From contig CAJINV010000018.1 of assembly GCA_905178155.1 (NCBI GenBank), forward strand, positions 1,276,190-1,340,189: 64,000 nucleotides of DNA. The letters run 5' to 3'. Made by a program: the position numbers and the translations under genes. How positions within the stretch are numbered: the stretch's first letter is position 1; each line of letters starts with the position of its first letter. Below, piece by piece: positions 11,301-20,514 of this stretch. Origin of the DNA: Amoebophrya sp. A120 (lineage: Eukaryota > Protista > Dinoflagellata). Below the pieces are notes generated by a model. It did not search any database. It worked only from the letters and a program-made list of their open reading frames with translations, and had not been told where the DNA came from.

Positions 11301-14299
11301 GCAACGGAATATAACGAAAATCAAGCTGGCGCACGGAGCCGAGGAGAAAACAGCACGCGGGAAAATAGAAGTTGCCAGGTACTAATTATGAGCTTTTTGA
11401 TAAATAGAAATATGAAAAGTACATAAATACTTAGGAAGAGTAGATGTTGAAGAACGTGCAGGAAGGAATTCACGCGCTCGACCACACTAAGCGGCTATCT
11501 TCTCTTAGAAAGTAGGGCGGCAGGCTCCATTTTTCTGACACTTTGTTCGCGCGCCCAGCACGCCTTGTCCCCCTGCTACGAGGCGTTTTGGGCTTCGACG
11601 TTAGACCGAAGCGTACAGATATTGAATCAAAATTCTGTTTCTTGTACGGGCAGCCTGGTTCGCACCTGACTCCAGTCCCAAGAGAGAAAGGTAGTCGGGA
11701 CGGCGGGTGGCAGGCTTCGTTTACCTGGTACTTTGTTCGAGCGCCCTGCACGCCTGGTCCCGCTGCTACGAGGCTTTTTCAGCTACGACTTTAGACTGAA
11801 AAGTACAGACTTTGGCGAAAAAGTCTGTCTCTTGTGTGGGCCGCCTGGTTCGCGCCTGTATCTAGTTCCAAGTGTGAAAGGTAGTCGGAACGGAAGATCC
11901 GACGCCGACCTGCTTTCTCCCCAGGGTGGGGTGAAGGGAGGCCCGCGACAACCTCAACGGCGAGAAGTACGTGCACGCAGCCCACGCAGCGCCGACGCTG
12001 GCGCCCCCAGCCTATCTCGAGCACGATGAGCACGGAAGACGCGACCGGGGCCTACCCGCCGCGCGCGAATCTCCCGCTACCACACGGGAGGGTCGCCGGC
12101 ATGGACGACCGCCCAATTCGCCTGGTGCCCACAGAGCCCTGCAGGGCTGGGCGCGCCCTGGTACGCTCCTCTCGCGGCACAAGCTCCGGCGCCACCATGC
12201 CGCGCCGCGCGACGTAGCTGTCGGGGGCTTCTAACAGCTATCACGCGATCGAGTTACTGCTTCGGAAATCGGGGCCACAACAAAAGACAACGACACTGAC
12301 AGTGCGAGACTCCCGCACTAATGTGATTTACTACTTATTTAAATATCATGCGTGAACACCTCTACTTCAGCATCAAAATGAAAATTGAAAATGAATGCAA
12401 AAATCTCCTCCAGGTCCCTAACAGACGAGCGCAGCCCGCATGAGAAAACAGTAACTGGCTTCCCCTTCGACAGTCAGATCTTGGCGACTTCGAGGCTTAC
12501 GGCTGACACCCTAGAATAATTTGTACCAAACAGCCACGTAGCTTAAACTTGTACTTAGTGGGCATCGTCGTTGCTGAGTCCCCTGACGCAAAGAAGCAAG
12601 AAGATACTGTTTAAGACCTGGCATCTCTGTTGACCCTTTCTCCTCGGCTTCGTTTACGCAAAACAGCAATCGCATCGCGCAGTCGTAAAAACTCGTAAGC
12701 CATCGTACTGCTTTCGTTCTTCGTGAGTTGTTCTTGTTTTCACTTGGAAGAAAAATCAAAAAACACAAGCAGGGACAGGCTGAGAAAAGGAATAGAGTGG
12801 TAGGAGTAGAAGTTCTACATACTTGCGCATAGACAGATAGAGGAGATGGAAAATGATGAGTAATGATGTCTACCTTGGTTGTTATTTGTCTCTCGACATG
12901 CTGTTAAAGTTAAATGATCTGAGTAGTACTAGTTGTATAATTTTCTCCCAGCTGTAAGTCGTGTTAAGAAAATTCATTTTAGTAATCACTGGAAATTGAA
13001 TAAAACAAAATGAATAGCATCTTGGCGTCTTGTGCTTTTCTTCCGTTATATTGCTTGCTGCTAGCAGAAGAGGATGAGGATGCAGAGGGGATGGAGAACT
13101 GGCAGAAACAATTGGTGAGAGCACGAAATGGAAATGCCAGCTCCAGCATCGACATTGGATATAACCAGCGTGAAGGAAACGGAAACTGCAGCTGCGACGT
13201 ATCAAATAAAGGTAGGGCCAAAGGCCACGGGAACGCCAAACATAGCCGCGCTCTTCTTCGTGAAACGCCCACCGCTACTGGCGCGGTGGATATAAAAGAA
13301 AAATCAAAAGAAAAATCACGAGAAAAAGAAAAATCAAAAGAAAAATCAAAAGAAAAATCAAAAGAAAATCAAAAGAAAACCAAAAAAAAAATCAAAAGAA
13401 AATCCAAAGAAAATCCACGCGCTAGAAGCCTAGAAAAAAAAAAAAAACGCAGCATCACAAGTTGCATTCTTCCAGACCCAGACATTTTTGCATTTGATAC
13501 GGTCTGGAACGGAACCAAAGTGTGCCACGAGGACGGATTGCAGCGCGACCGCGGGCACCTGTCTTCCATACAGGCAAGCAGCGCGGAACACTGTCGCATG
13601 GCGTGCACCTACCAGGTGCGCAGCTGCGACGCCTGGGTGTGGCACGGCGGTGCGCAGGTTGGGGATCTGAAAAACTGCTGGCTGAAATCCGTGAAAAGAA
13701 CCAAACCGCCTGTACGACCCGCCTCGACGCTGGTCACCGGCGGTGTTTGCACGTACGAAGAGGCAGCTAGAGGTACTACCTCAGCCGGAAATACACCGGC
13801 AGCTGCCAAGTGGACGCTGACCCCCACCTGCTGCAACGGGTATCGGCTCGAGAAGCTGCAGGGCGTGTTTTCGCTGGACTACGTTTTACCGACGACAAGT
13901 TCAGCTTCTGGGCAACACGACAATACAAATGCAACATCTTCTTCTTCTTCTTCTCAAAAGCAAAAGTTCCGACAGTATTACGAAGATTGCCAACGGAAAG
14001 TTTTCGGCCCCCTGCTCGCGCGACCCAGCATGAATTTCACGACCGTTGTGCGTGGGAACGAGTGCGACAGCATTTTTTACAAGGACGGCCTGCCAATCTG
14101 CCCGGTGGAGACCAACTGGTTCAAGTTTTTCAACGATTTCCCCATCAAATTTGACAAAGCGCTGGAGATGAAACTGCGTCCTACCATTCCCTGGCTGAAC
14201 GAAACATCGAACAGCACAAGGGAACGGAAGCTGGGCGGGCATTACGACATTCCTAAGACCTGGCTCGCGGACAATTTTACCGAGGTGATTGTCGAATAG
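2324..14299 (+). CDS. Large Cys-rich, probably secreted protein with two PAN/Apple-like domains (paralog 1). Multi-exon; one intron is the introner carrying the LINE
   Basis: Exons ~2324-3943, 4239-~4612, (4743-4776), ~4879-4928, 13505-14299. Junctions give QQSEEEKKQ and ACLAAFGNWTPLEYVPVWNGTKVC, collinear with paralog 2 (CIQKYGNWSDLDFDWVWQNGTKQC). PAN-like motifs CARQCILDDLCAGYE and CRMAC...CDAWVW...CWLK. Confidence 0.75.
3945..4237. mobile_element. Introner, family A (degenerate)
   Basis: tatcaactgcaaat...atttgcactgcata; direct repeat GGAGG. Confidence 0.8.
5528..9820 (+). CDS. LINE polyprotein part 1: N-terminal Cys/His fingers, APE endonuclease, reverse transcriptase
   Basis: APE motifs GLDET, IIGDLNARH, APDVM, LSDH; RT motifs KSPGCDG, FRPVSLLSVYAK, AGFDVVSH, PQGSP, QFSDD. 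Confidence 0.93.
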   Translation: MGAEVDQEDQGGQVKVGLRARIWNESLQNDAELEDALCRHLEEKRDIGDLLCVCKWCYRVNMAREVTHKHAKTKHNSHQLTCPERDRDGDAGTTSDKKVLAENVFRVVSVASTTEPLTTTKNTKSKIMETDIFCDEVKPRMVDIDWLNKPKRDQMIAPHGNKGVFACGLCQVCNADSCDFIDRHTHTCVRESANSRAALAEGRARTQCRRCSAHVACMRSHILAHEALDRYSYLSSSKHYELGTLAWDQKVALTNCILDEPLWGQAVSSSMNVQSLRTKNVDSYILKYVEDIEPHFLGLDETNLDSIDKSWLIHQLIALGYHIIFCPRKHEGGDAKKKRKSGSSILAVRSSVRLVKILEVDDVDGCEIIHVLVEMNSVVFEVKKLYAKHAKLDATHLGIGAGIIIGDLNARHLNWDYKNNPNGTTLTKWLEGEEGRGFCCANVKGQATRVHGECATAPDVMVFGKETFEKPRFVTYLPYNFDAMETETSDGKQATQILEGGKGIAEENDACSEEHLRKKRKTNIGAVDADTSQEQNSISPEEAELEWEGVFEVNKERADERACYVRISSEDVAGVVKSGGLIVDGVAEGESLWSWGLENCKFSEQLSDHCMVELRLSIKGAVVALPEVASIFVPEVDEERHAMPAELEQEVGGEYGDDDRDEPGGGGSDCNYTSKLLKFKFENGIPVKEQTWVTAYNRDLRDRLADHPLMRKNWQKRKVGLIQNDLKLVKEVMLEVAKEHLPCSRGRKATDATSDVKGTQKRARKKPKKDEIGRGRDSDAELDHLPPKERWEHINQKIRRKKIWTTGGFPSKLVKHDKAAIYFKRATGEDITEKGNQSALLCPPLTLKEIERRTNEAAMKEIKKRKITVEPLPGEAVDDHDEIVNYFAAQYKGRPQQVYSKNGFEVPDESEWKKKTFKDTRLKSRQKAKEGQFWELTRTEFAAAIRKLECNKSPGCDGVTHELVKALDGVGWECLFRCYYVLVKHNAFPEIGREIILAPVGKTEEQAFSESLFRPVSLLSVYAKVWEAIQDRRLCLWLEGYQWNGKSRIENSSPKLPLYSLAYRKNFCKEFGAISILEYLFSEEGLKTKGMRKFLLLNDNEAGFDVVSHEKLLETMHELEVPEDIAAATVQWLSYRTVRIKTGSRYWHLSPGMPQGSPYSGGCFNVHNTPLIQTMAQLNEDGTQTQFSDDNSQCGTGDMEAVTKLKKDLVRTGRKKFIFFEETKSEAVFYDVGVDKKVEVSEASRSLGFFYDGAWDFSSHYEIMRKKMIQENTSVARLKNLRLTAKIDTYVSIVYSAILSNSIPFFHYFKKQNRLQIKKDTAKFLKGHAMLPKQTPNTILHHCAGIPDIHTLFVVENLMLFYKGAQLKLWPRQKEPCEEVKAMFRQTDSSDPAKFLLGMDKKHATWTDTIRHMAKTGFPDVHSHFGHERL
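9821..11197 (+). CDS. LINE polyprotein part 2 (same frame after a single TAA): RNase H and C-terminal CCHC finger
   Basis: TATDG, DAECIG, FLDSNS, WTPGHAGQLANDCAD; CKMC...HALFEC. Confidence 0.88.
   Translation: MGKIFWRGVNLDAKSMDRVGTDMGLGRLSGKQGKELDEARGKVARAHNALVRGLIRKSQGNLVTATDGLVDKERNLGVGAGASWWWEPVGDDGTGKLRAEVGEDELPDPIWISGAYIHSPLSDIPTDSFDAECIGLMQQLEKIERQILTHPHLSKMLRNFYFFLDSNSIVQALECYNDGSNEMIHKIMKQMEKLKDACIGEGPNEEEEVWFHFRWTPGHAGQLANDCADLLTNIYKEMWKDGHQDFSDTAARPIYKKMITAPILRRLFLKRILAQNMENCQSPSEYLRERAKSLGGFRPPVGVFPIREAELVYFWVWLGIAPQPHLGCEEIVYEGGKMKQRCKMCNRLCDCAVDHALFECRNVEAPRARHFGFKFCAPTLGRELLQNPRKILKFIIDEATNLTHEYFRDRIGSCIEQVGTKMEKEVKKHEKLPNSYVKACSMSKARVFTDEIPLKYLH
11541..11893. repeat. Diverged tandem duplication (~163-bp unit, 190-bp period) in the LINE 3' region
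   Basis: 11541-11703 vs 11731-11893 align without gaps from ctttgttcg to gtagtcgg(g/a)acgg. Confidence 0.85.
13293..13447 (+). repeat. (AAAAGAAAAATC)n array plus poly(A): LINE 3' terminus
   Basis: Repeated aaaagaaaaatc units followed by A14 abutting the TSD. Confidence 0.85.
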
Positions 14300-15199
14300 G
14301 TTCAGGTTGGGGAAAAATCAAGAAACGCTTCAAGAGTCTTCACAGTCTGGGCCATAATTCCATGCGTCTTTGAACGCTATGCTGTACTTTCCTTGCTGTA
14401 CTACCCCCTGATGGAATGTTAAGTACATGATTCAACAACTTCTACACATGTAAGTTTGAGACCTCGAAGAGGTTGACGCACTCAACTTCAGACGTCATCT
14501 CTATCTCAGTACTTTTCACTACGCACATTCATTCAACCGGGACGAGGCTAAGATTCCGCTTGTGTGAGGAACGTTTTCGGCCCGGTTCTCTTCGTCCTAA
14601 GTTCGTTGTTGAAATAATTGTTTCTGCGCATGAAGTAGTAGGCTGCGGAATCTTCTTTGCACTGGGGTGCATTGTACGGCCTTTGCTTTTTGCACATGTC
14701 GAGCACCACTTGTTTGGATCAAATTCGTAGAAATGAAGATCGTCGTCATCATCATCGTTGTCGTCGTATGCAGCAGTACGATGAAACGATAATCCGTTCA
14801 GCATCGCAAGAATTTTTGAACAGAAAAATCACCTTACTGCCCCACGTTTCGTCCAATTCGTGTCGTGTCGTGCTTAATTTGAAATTACATCAAGCGATGT
14901 TATTTCAATTGTCAAAATATTACGTTGCTGGTTGTATTGCTTTCAGCATCTATTTTTCCTGAATCACCGCAAGTTGAACGTAGTGCGCTCCAACAGTTCC
15001 AGACTCGAGTAGTAGGATTTTGAAAATTTTTCTGAAGACAAGCAGGTGGTTCTTGAAGTATCTTCTACCATTGTTTCTTGGACAGCTTTCTTACCCGCTC
15101 AGTAGACCACAACGAATCTCCTCCTCTACCCGCTAGACACGATATTCCATCTTCTTGAACCAGCCTTGTGTATTTCACTCGAAAAGAACGGCTGACCTG

Positions 15200-17776
15200 A
15201 TGTTGCACAAGTCCTTCAGCACGCGAGCAGCTCGGCTTTGCCTGCCCTTCCTGGAGTCAGCGCTGGCTAGTCGCAGAGATCAGGCTGATGTCGTTGCATC
15301 GGCTGGCTCCGCCTTCACGGAAGGAAGGGCTACCGGCGATGAACTGGAAGATGATGTGAGCGGTCTTCCAGGACGAGAACAAGAAGCAACTACAACGGAA
15401 CAAGATCTTCGAGAAGATCTTCCCAGTACCACCTTCCTCCTCCGCGGCCGCCGGGACAGCAGCACGCGGGCGTCACGCGTGCACCGCAGCAGTCTCGCTC
15501 TTTCTGAAGATGATCTAGTACTTCCTCGGGGTGGTCAGGTAGGGGAGGATATGATGGTCCCCCTCGAGGGCCGCGGGACAACCTTAGTCGTACAAGCAGA
15601 CGAAGATTCATCAACATCCGTGTCGGCTCTACCAGGGCAGCTGGGTGGAAGTTCCTTTCTACAACAGAAACAACGGAAAGAAGGCAGTTTTTCTTGCGGA
15701 TCGGACGACGAGACGGATGCAAAAACTTCTGCGTCCTCCGGCACACAAGCAGGGCAGGAGGAATTGTCCTTTGGGCCCGACGACGAGGGGCAAGAACTCC
15801 TCGGTGCGCCCGAAGGACCTCCCTCGTCCGACGACTATCGCATCTTCTCCCAGTACCTCGTGGAGAAGGGCCGCTGCGTGGGAAACTACGCCATCGCCTC
15901 GGACTGGTTCGCCGAGGCGTCCGAGCTGCACTGTGCGAAACGTTGCTCCGAACACGAATTGTGCTACGGCTACGAGGCGGAAAATGTACCGCAGGGGATC
16001 GAAGTTCTCGAAGAAGGAATGGCAAAACGGTATGCCGTTTTGTGCCGGTTCATTCAGTACACACCGACGGTGGTGAAGTGGGACTTTTCAGTTTCACCAA
16101 CATCATCCGATAGTAAAGCAAATTCTACGACCTCAACACCTACTTCGCACAACGAGAAGTCGAATCTCTCCTGCGGCGTGAAGAAAAAAGCCTTTGCGGT
16201 GGAGGAAAAATAGGCGAAGGTCAGGGCGGAAGAAGACCGGCAAAAAGAAGTGGAACGGATCGAGCTGCGAAAACAGGTCGCGGAGCTGACAAGCGAAATC
16301 GTGGACCCAGGGGAGATCACCGGGGACGATTTGTCGGCGGACTTTGATGCAGATTTTAAAGTTTCCGCGGAACCGGTACCGGAAGAGGAAGAGAAGGAAG
16401 AGGAGGATGACATCTTCAACCCGGAGGTGTGCATCCAAAAGTACGGAAACTGGAGCGACTTGGACTTTGACTGGGTACTATAATTGTTAGAAGGAGATTT
16501 TTTGAGTCTTTTTCTTCGATGATCTTTCTGTCACTTGTCTGATGCGAATTTCGTCCTGAATGGTGTAGTTCTAGTACTGCTCGGGGGTCTACGATGCAGC
16601 TGACATGACCGATTTGTAGAAGTCCACATCTGGCGGGAGGACGATGATGTTGGGGTTTTAGGATTTTGTGTCTGTTGTTCTGAATATACGCTGTTGCGTA
16701 TGATGTTGCCGCTGGTGGTCCACAACGCTAGCGAGCTGCTACCTCTCATCCACTCGGGAACTACACGTGTATGCTTTTTGAACAAGGTTTGATTCTTCTG
16801 CCGGATAGAAATTTTTGAGATTATTTTCCACAACCAAATGACTATTCAGGTTTGGCAGAACGGCACGAAGCAGTGCGATAACGACATGCTGGACCGGCCG
16901 TTCGGGGACGTTGGGATCGTGTGGCATTCGACCGCCAAAAGCTGCCGCCAGCGGTGTGAGCAGGACGCCCTGGAGTGCACTGCGTGGACCTGGATCGACC
17001 CGTCTTGGGCGCAATGGGAAACCGGGCGGCCCAACTGCTTTTTGAAGGACCGCGAGTTCACCAGCGCCCCCCAACTGCCCGACACCTGGGCCCTGACCGG
17101 CGGGAAGTGCGAGCCCGTGGGGGCAGGGGGGGTCTGGGACCTCCAGCGCACCTGCTGTGGCGGCTGGGCGTTCCAAAAGCTGGTGGACTTGCACACGGAC
17201 ATCGGCGGAGAAGAGCAGGAGCGGTGGGTTTTTGGGGACATGTACTACGACGACTACAAGGGGAAGTCGCTGCACATCACGCCACCGCCGCCAGACCCGG
17301 TTCTGACGCACAAGCGCCGACTGGAGGATGGTTATAAAAACGACCCAGCGGAAAATGAAAAATTCAAATTCTCAAAAAAGAAGAAAGAAAAGCAGTTTTT
17401 CGACCAGTGTGTAGAACAGGTGTTTCGCCCCTTGTTCCAGCAATACAAGAATCTCGGCAAAACCATTGTGCGGTTTGCGAAATGCAGCGAGCCGCACCGG
17501 TGCCCGCTGTCCCGCACGAACTCGCGGGACATTGTGACTCGGTTCCCGTACCAGGGGGGCACCAATCCGGACACCCGCATCAGGCAGGAAGATTTTCTTG
17601 GCCACCATTACAAATTTTCCGCCAATTCCAAGTGGACCCGGGCGTTCGCCATCCCCACGGCCCACCTAGAGGGCAACAACCCGCTGCGCAGTCGGAACTT
17701 TCCCCGGTACTCAAGGTGGTGGCAAGGGCGCTGGATGCGCGGAATGGCCGGGGGACCCGATGACGACGAGGTGTAG
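15200..17776 (+). CDS. PAN/Apple-like domain protein, paralog 2; in-frame TAG at 16211-16213 (possible pseudogene)
   Basis: SDWFAEASELHCAKRC matches paralog 1 SDWWEAASELTCARQC; frame continues past the TAG; GT-AG intron 16475-16849; second PAN-like CRQRC...CTAWTW...CFLK. Confidence 0.75.
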
Positions 17777-18503
17777 ATGAAGCGGGGTGGTAAACCTTGC
17801 TTGTGTAAGTGACTAAGCAAGAAGATTTTTGCGGTCGCAGCTTTCATTGCCATGTTCTTTCAGTGTTTCTACAATTTGAAGGTGTAGTTGCACTCGTTTT
17901 TGGAGTTTTTTTGCACTACTTTTGTACAAAACCCCAACTACTTCTACCCCATTCTGAGAACCTTTTGTTTTCCGCTTGGTAGTGGCCATGGCGCTACATC
18001 AGCGAACGCATGATCAAACAGCCTGTGGTTGAAATTTGCTTTGTTTCCCATTCCTCGTCATCTGCTACCCTGGTACTTTGACAAACGCGCATAAGATGGA
18101 AGAGCACCGCCACAGTGGGGAGCTTGCGTGCTTCTTGTAACCAACAGGAGGTGGCTTTTTGAGTGTTTATTTCCTTGTTCTCGCTGGAAGGACGGTGGCG
18201 TGATTGAGTCTTTTCCTGTTTCGGACAGTGGTAGAAGGACGAAGTGGGAAAGTAAAACAACCTGATAGTTCCGAAGATCTCTCATTGAGGTTTCGCCAAG
18301 GTTTGATGTTTCTGGATTGGGCAGCAGAAATGTCAAAAATTCAAATTCTTTGCGCCGGCTTGAAGCTGCACTTTTGGATCACCCTCTTTTTGTATCATCT
18401 CAGCGAATTTTTCATACCGGATAAGACGTCTTGCGATCTGTGTGTACTTCTAGTAGAGTTTTGCACGAAACAAAATCATTCAGAATTTTAGGTACAATCA
18501 AAA

Positions 18504-19436
18504 ATGGCAAGATCATCTTCGCGAACTACTCGCCTTCTCGGGCTCTCATCCCTCTGCGCACGGCTCCGCTACTGGTGGCGCTGCTCACTGGTTTTACCAT
18601 TCTGTGGTGCATTGTTATTCAGGAATCGGACCAGCATGACTCTCTTCGCTTTCGCCACGAGCAACGGGACGACCGGCACAGTAGTACCTGCGCCCACTCC
18701 CTCAGTAGCCAACCCGAACGCCCCCAATTGCGCGTTTGGCCGCACCGCCCATCTTCAACTGGGGAAGCGTGCCGTGCTGTGCGTGTTCCTCGGGCCGACC
18801 AGTGACACGAACCCCGCGCAGTCGGCGAAAAAATTGGTGTTTTCAGTGAAGGTCGACGAGTACTCGTCTCTCACGCTCTCCGGGGCCCAGGAATTGACAA
18901 ATGCCGTAGCGGAAAAAAACATCCCTGTTTACTCTTGGGTCGCCGCGGCGAACACGGGGACAAGCTTCGCAAAAAACTGCGGAGCTGGCACTCCAGACAC
19001 GACGAACGCAACGAGCGCAGCAGCAGAGCCGGCGAACAGCTACATTACATGTCCGCAGCTCTACCGGAACGGCCAGGGATTGTTAGTGCCTTTCGTGTCC
19101 CTGGTAATAAACATCGAGGACGGGAACATCAAATCTTTGGTCTTCGACAACATCTGTCCAAATTGTTCGGATAATCAATGCCTACCGTCCCAACAGCACC
19201 TCGATGCGGACTACGCGCCCGTCGGGTCTCCGAGATCCAGTTCGAAAACGTGCTCGCTGGAAACTGCAGTGTTGCAGCAGGCGCAAGATTTCAAGATTTT
19301 CGTCACCTGGGCGGGCACGGACAAAAACGGCCGACATTGCAAGTCAAGCGCCTTCCGGTTCTCCCGTTTTGCCGGCGCGACGCTGTCGGACATGTGGAGC
19401 TTCACGCAGGATAATTATCACTCGTCTTTTGGATAA
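18504..19436 (+). CDS. Hypothetical Cys-containing protein, possibly secreted, 310 aa
   Basis: Uninterrupted ORF with hydrophobic N-terminal segment and globular-looking C-terminus (FDNICPNC...KIFVTWAGTDKNG). Confidence 0.7.
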   Translation: MARSSSRTTRLLGLSSLCARLRYWWRCSLVLPFCGALLFRNRTSMTLFAFATSNGTTGTVVPAPTPSVANPNAPNCAFGRTAHLQLGKRAVLCVFLGPTSDTNPAQSAKKLVFSVKVDEYSSLTLSGAQELTNAVAEKNIPVYSWVAAANTGTSFAKNCGAGTPDTTNATSAAAEPANSYITCPQLYRNGQGLLVPFVSLVINIEDGNIKSLVFDNICPNCSDNQCLPSQQHLDADYAPVGSPRSSSKTCSLETAVLQQAQDFKIFVTWAGTDKNGRHCKSSAFRFSRFAGATLSDMWSFTQDNYHSSFG

Positions 19437-20514
19437 CAACTACACGGATGATTTTTGAAGTCGTGGTCGACGCGCGAGATTGATTGCGCTACGTCGTATC
19501 AAGAAAGTCTTCGGAGAACCACGCAGGCACAAATATCAACAGTCATCTACTTTTGCAACCATGTAACTTGTTCCCACGACAAATGATGAATGAACCCCGC
19601 CAACTCGTCGGGACATAGAGTTTTCGGCAGTTGCCGGCTCATCTTCAATGAGGTTTTCGGCTCTTTTGCCCGGTGCTATTCTTGCCCGACTTGGAGGACG
19701 TCGAGGACGAAAATCCTGAAGTACTGACGAGCCTGAGAGCATCGCGAGAGTCACCAAAATTCTACTTCAAAAAGGCGGCGCGTGCGTGTTTGTTGTGTAG
19801 TCGCGACGAGAGCTGCTCTGAGTGCTGTTGTTTCATTGTTAGTCCTTCGAGCGGTTCTAGTTGTTTTCCCTTCCGGACTGGTCGTGTCTTGTTTCGCTTC
19901 TGCGCAAGTTTTTGCTAGCAGTACTTCCAAAACTAAGCAGGACAAAAAGGGACTCATGGTACTTGATGATATATCGTCTGTAGTTAGTACACGAACAACC
20001 GTGGTAAAGTCTACTAAAGTTTTTACGAAGAACTCAGCAGTACTTTAAAAAGCCCATGTTCAAAGTCGTTTCGGCGCCGAGCGAAGACATTCTTCGCGGT
20101 CTCCGCGCGGTGGTGCCTGATGACGAGGAAGAATCTGTTGGAAACGGCACGGGAGCGCAAACGCAAAATGGTTCCTTCAAAGCCGTCGAAGCCACCAGCA
20201 GCGCTCCCTCCGCCTACACGGCGGGAGACCAGGGTGGGGGTGCGGCAGGCAGTAGAGGCCGTGCTAGCGATCATGCGGAGGATGGAAGGTAATAAAGTAC
20301 TAGCGCCGTAGTTGCTGTTCTGCCCGAGGAGATGCGTTCTGCCTGTCGTGCCAAAATGTTTTTGCAACTGTAACTGTTTCATCATTTGTTCTTGCATGTT
20401 GCATTCAATTAGCAGATCTTTGTTCAACGACTACACCTGTACAGGTCTTTATCAACCTCCTCTTCCTCCTCCTCTTCCTACTTTGTCCCGATCCAGCGCC
20501 CAGATTTAGCCGCG

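Larger units (their letters stand above)
5155..13444 (+). mobile_element. Apparently full-length non-LTR retrotransposon (APE-RT-RNase H type) with ~2.2-kb 3' region and poly(A) tail
   Basis: 19-bp TSD aaacgcagcatcacaagtt at 5136-5154 and 13445-13463; A14 run 13434-13447; encodes a pol-like ORF. Confidence 0.9.
4929..13499. mobile_element. Introner family A split by LINE insertion (4929-5154 + 13464-13499 = 262 bp)
   Basis: Left TIR tatcaaatgtaaaaatgtctgggtctggaag, right TIR cttccagacccagacatttttgcatttgata; direct repeat CGGTC at 4924-4928 and 13500-13504. Confidence 0.9.

Noticed and set aside
13200-13207. tatcaaat as the left end of the introner ending at 13499
   Set aside because: Only an 8-bp match with no direct repeat. 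The 4929 end gives the matching CGGTC repeat and the exact 262-bp length.
13010-13499. ORF 13010-14299 as a standalone 429-aa gene
   Set aside because: Its first ~163 codons are LINE 3' tail (KEKS repeats) and introner TIR (ILPDPDIFAFD). The true exon starts at ~13500 and joins upstream exons at ~4928.
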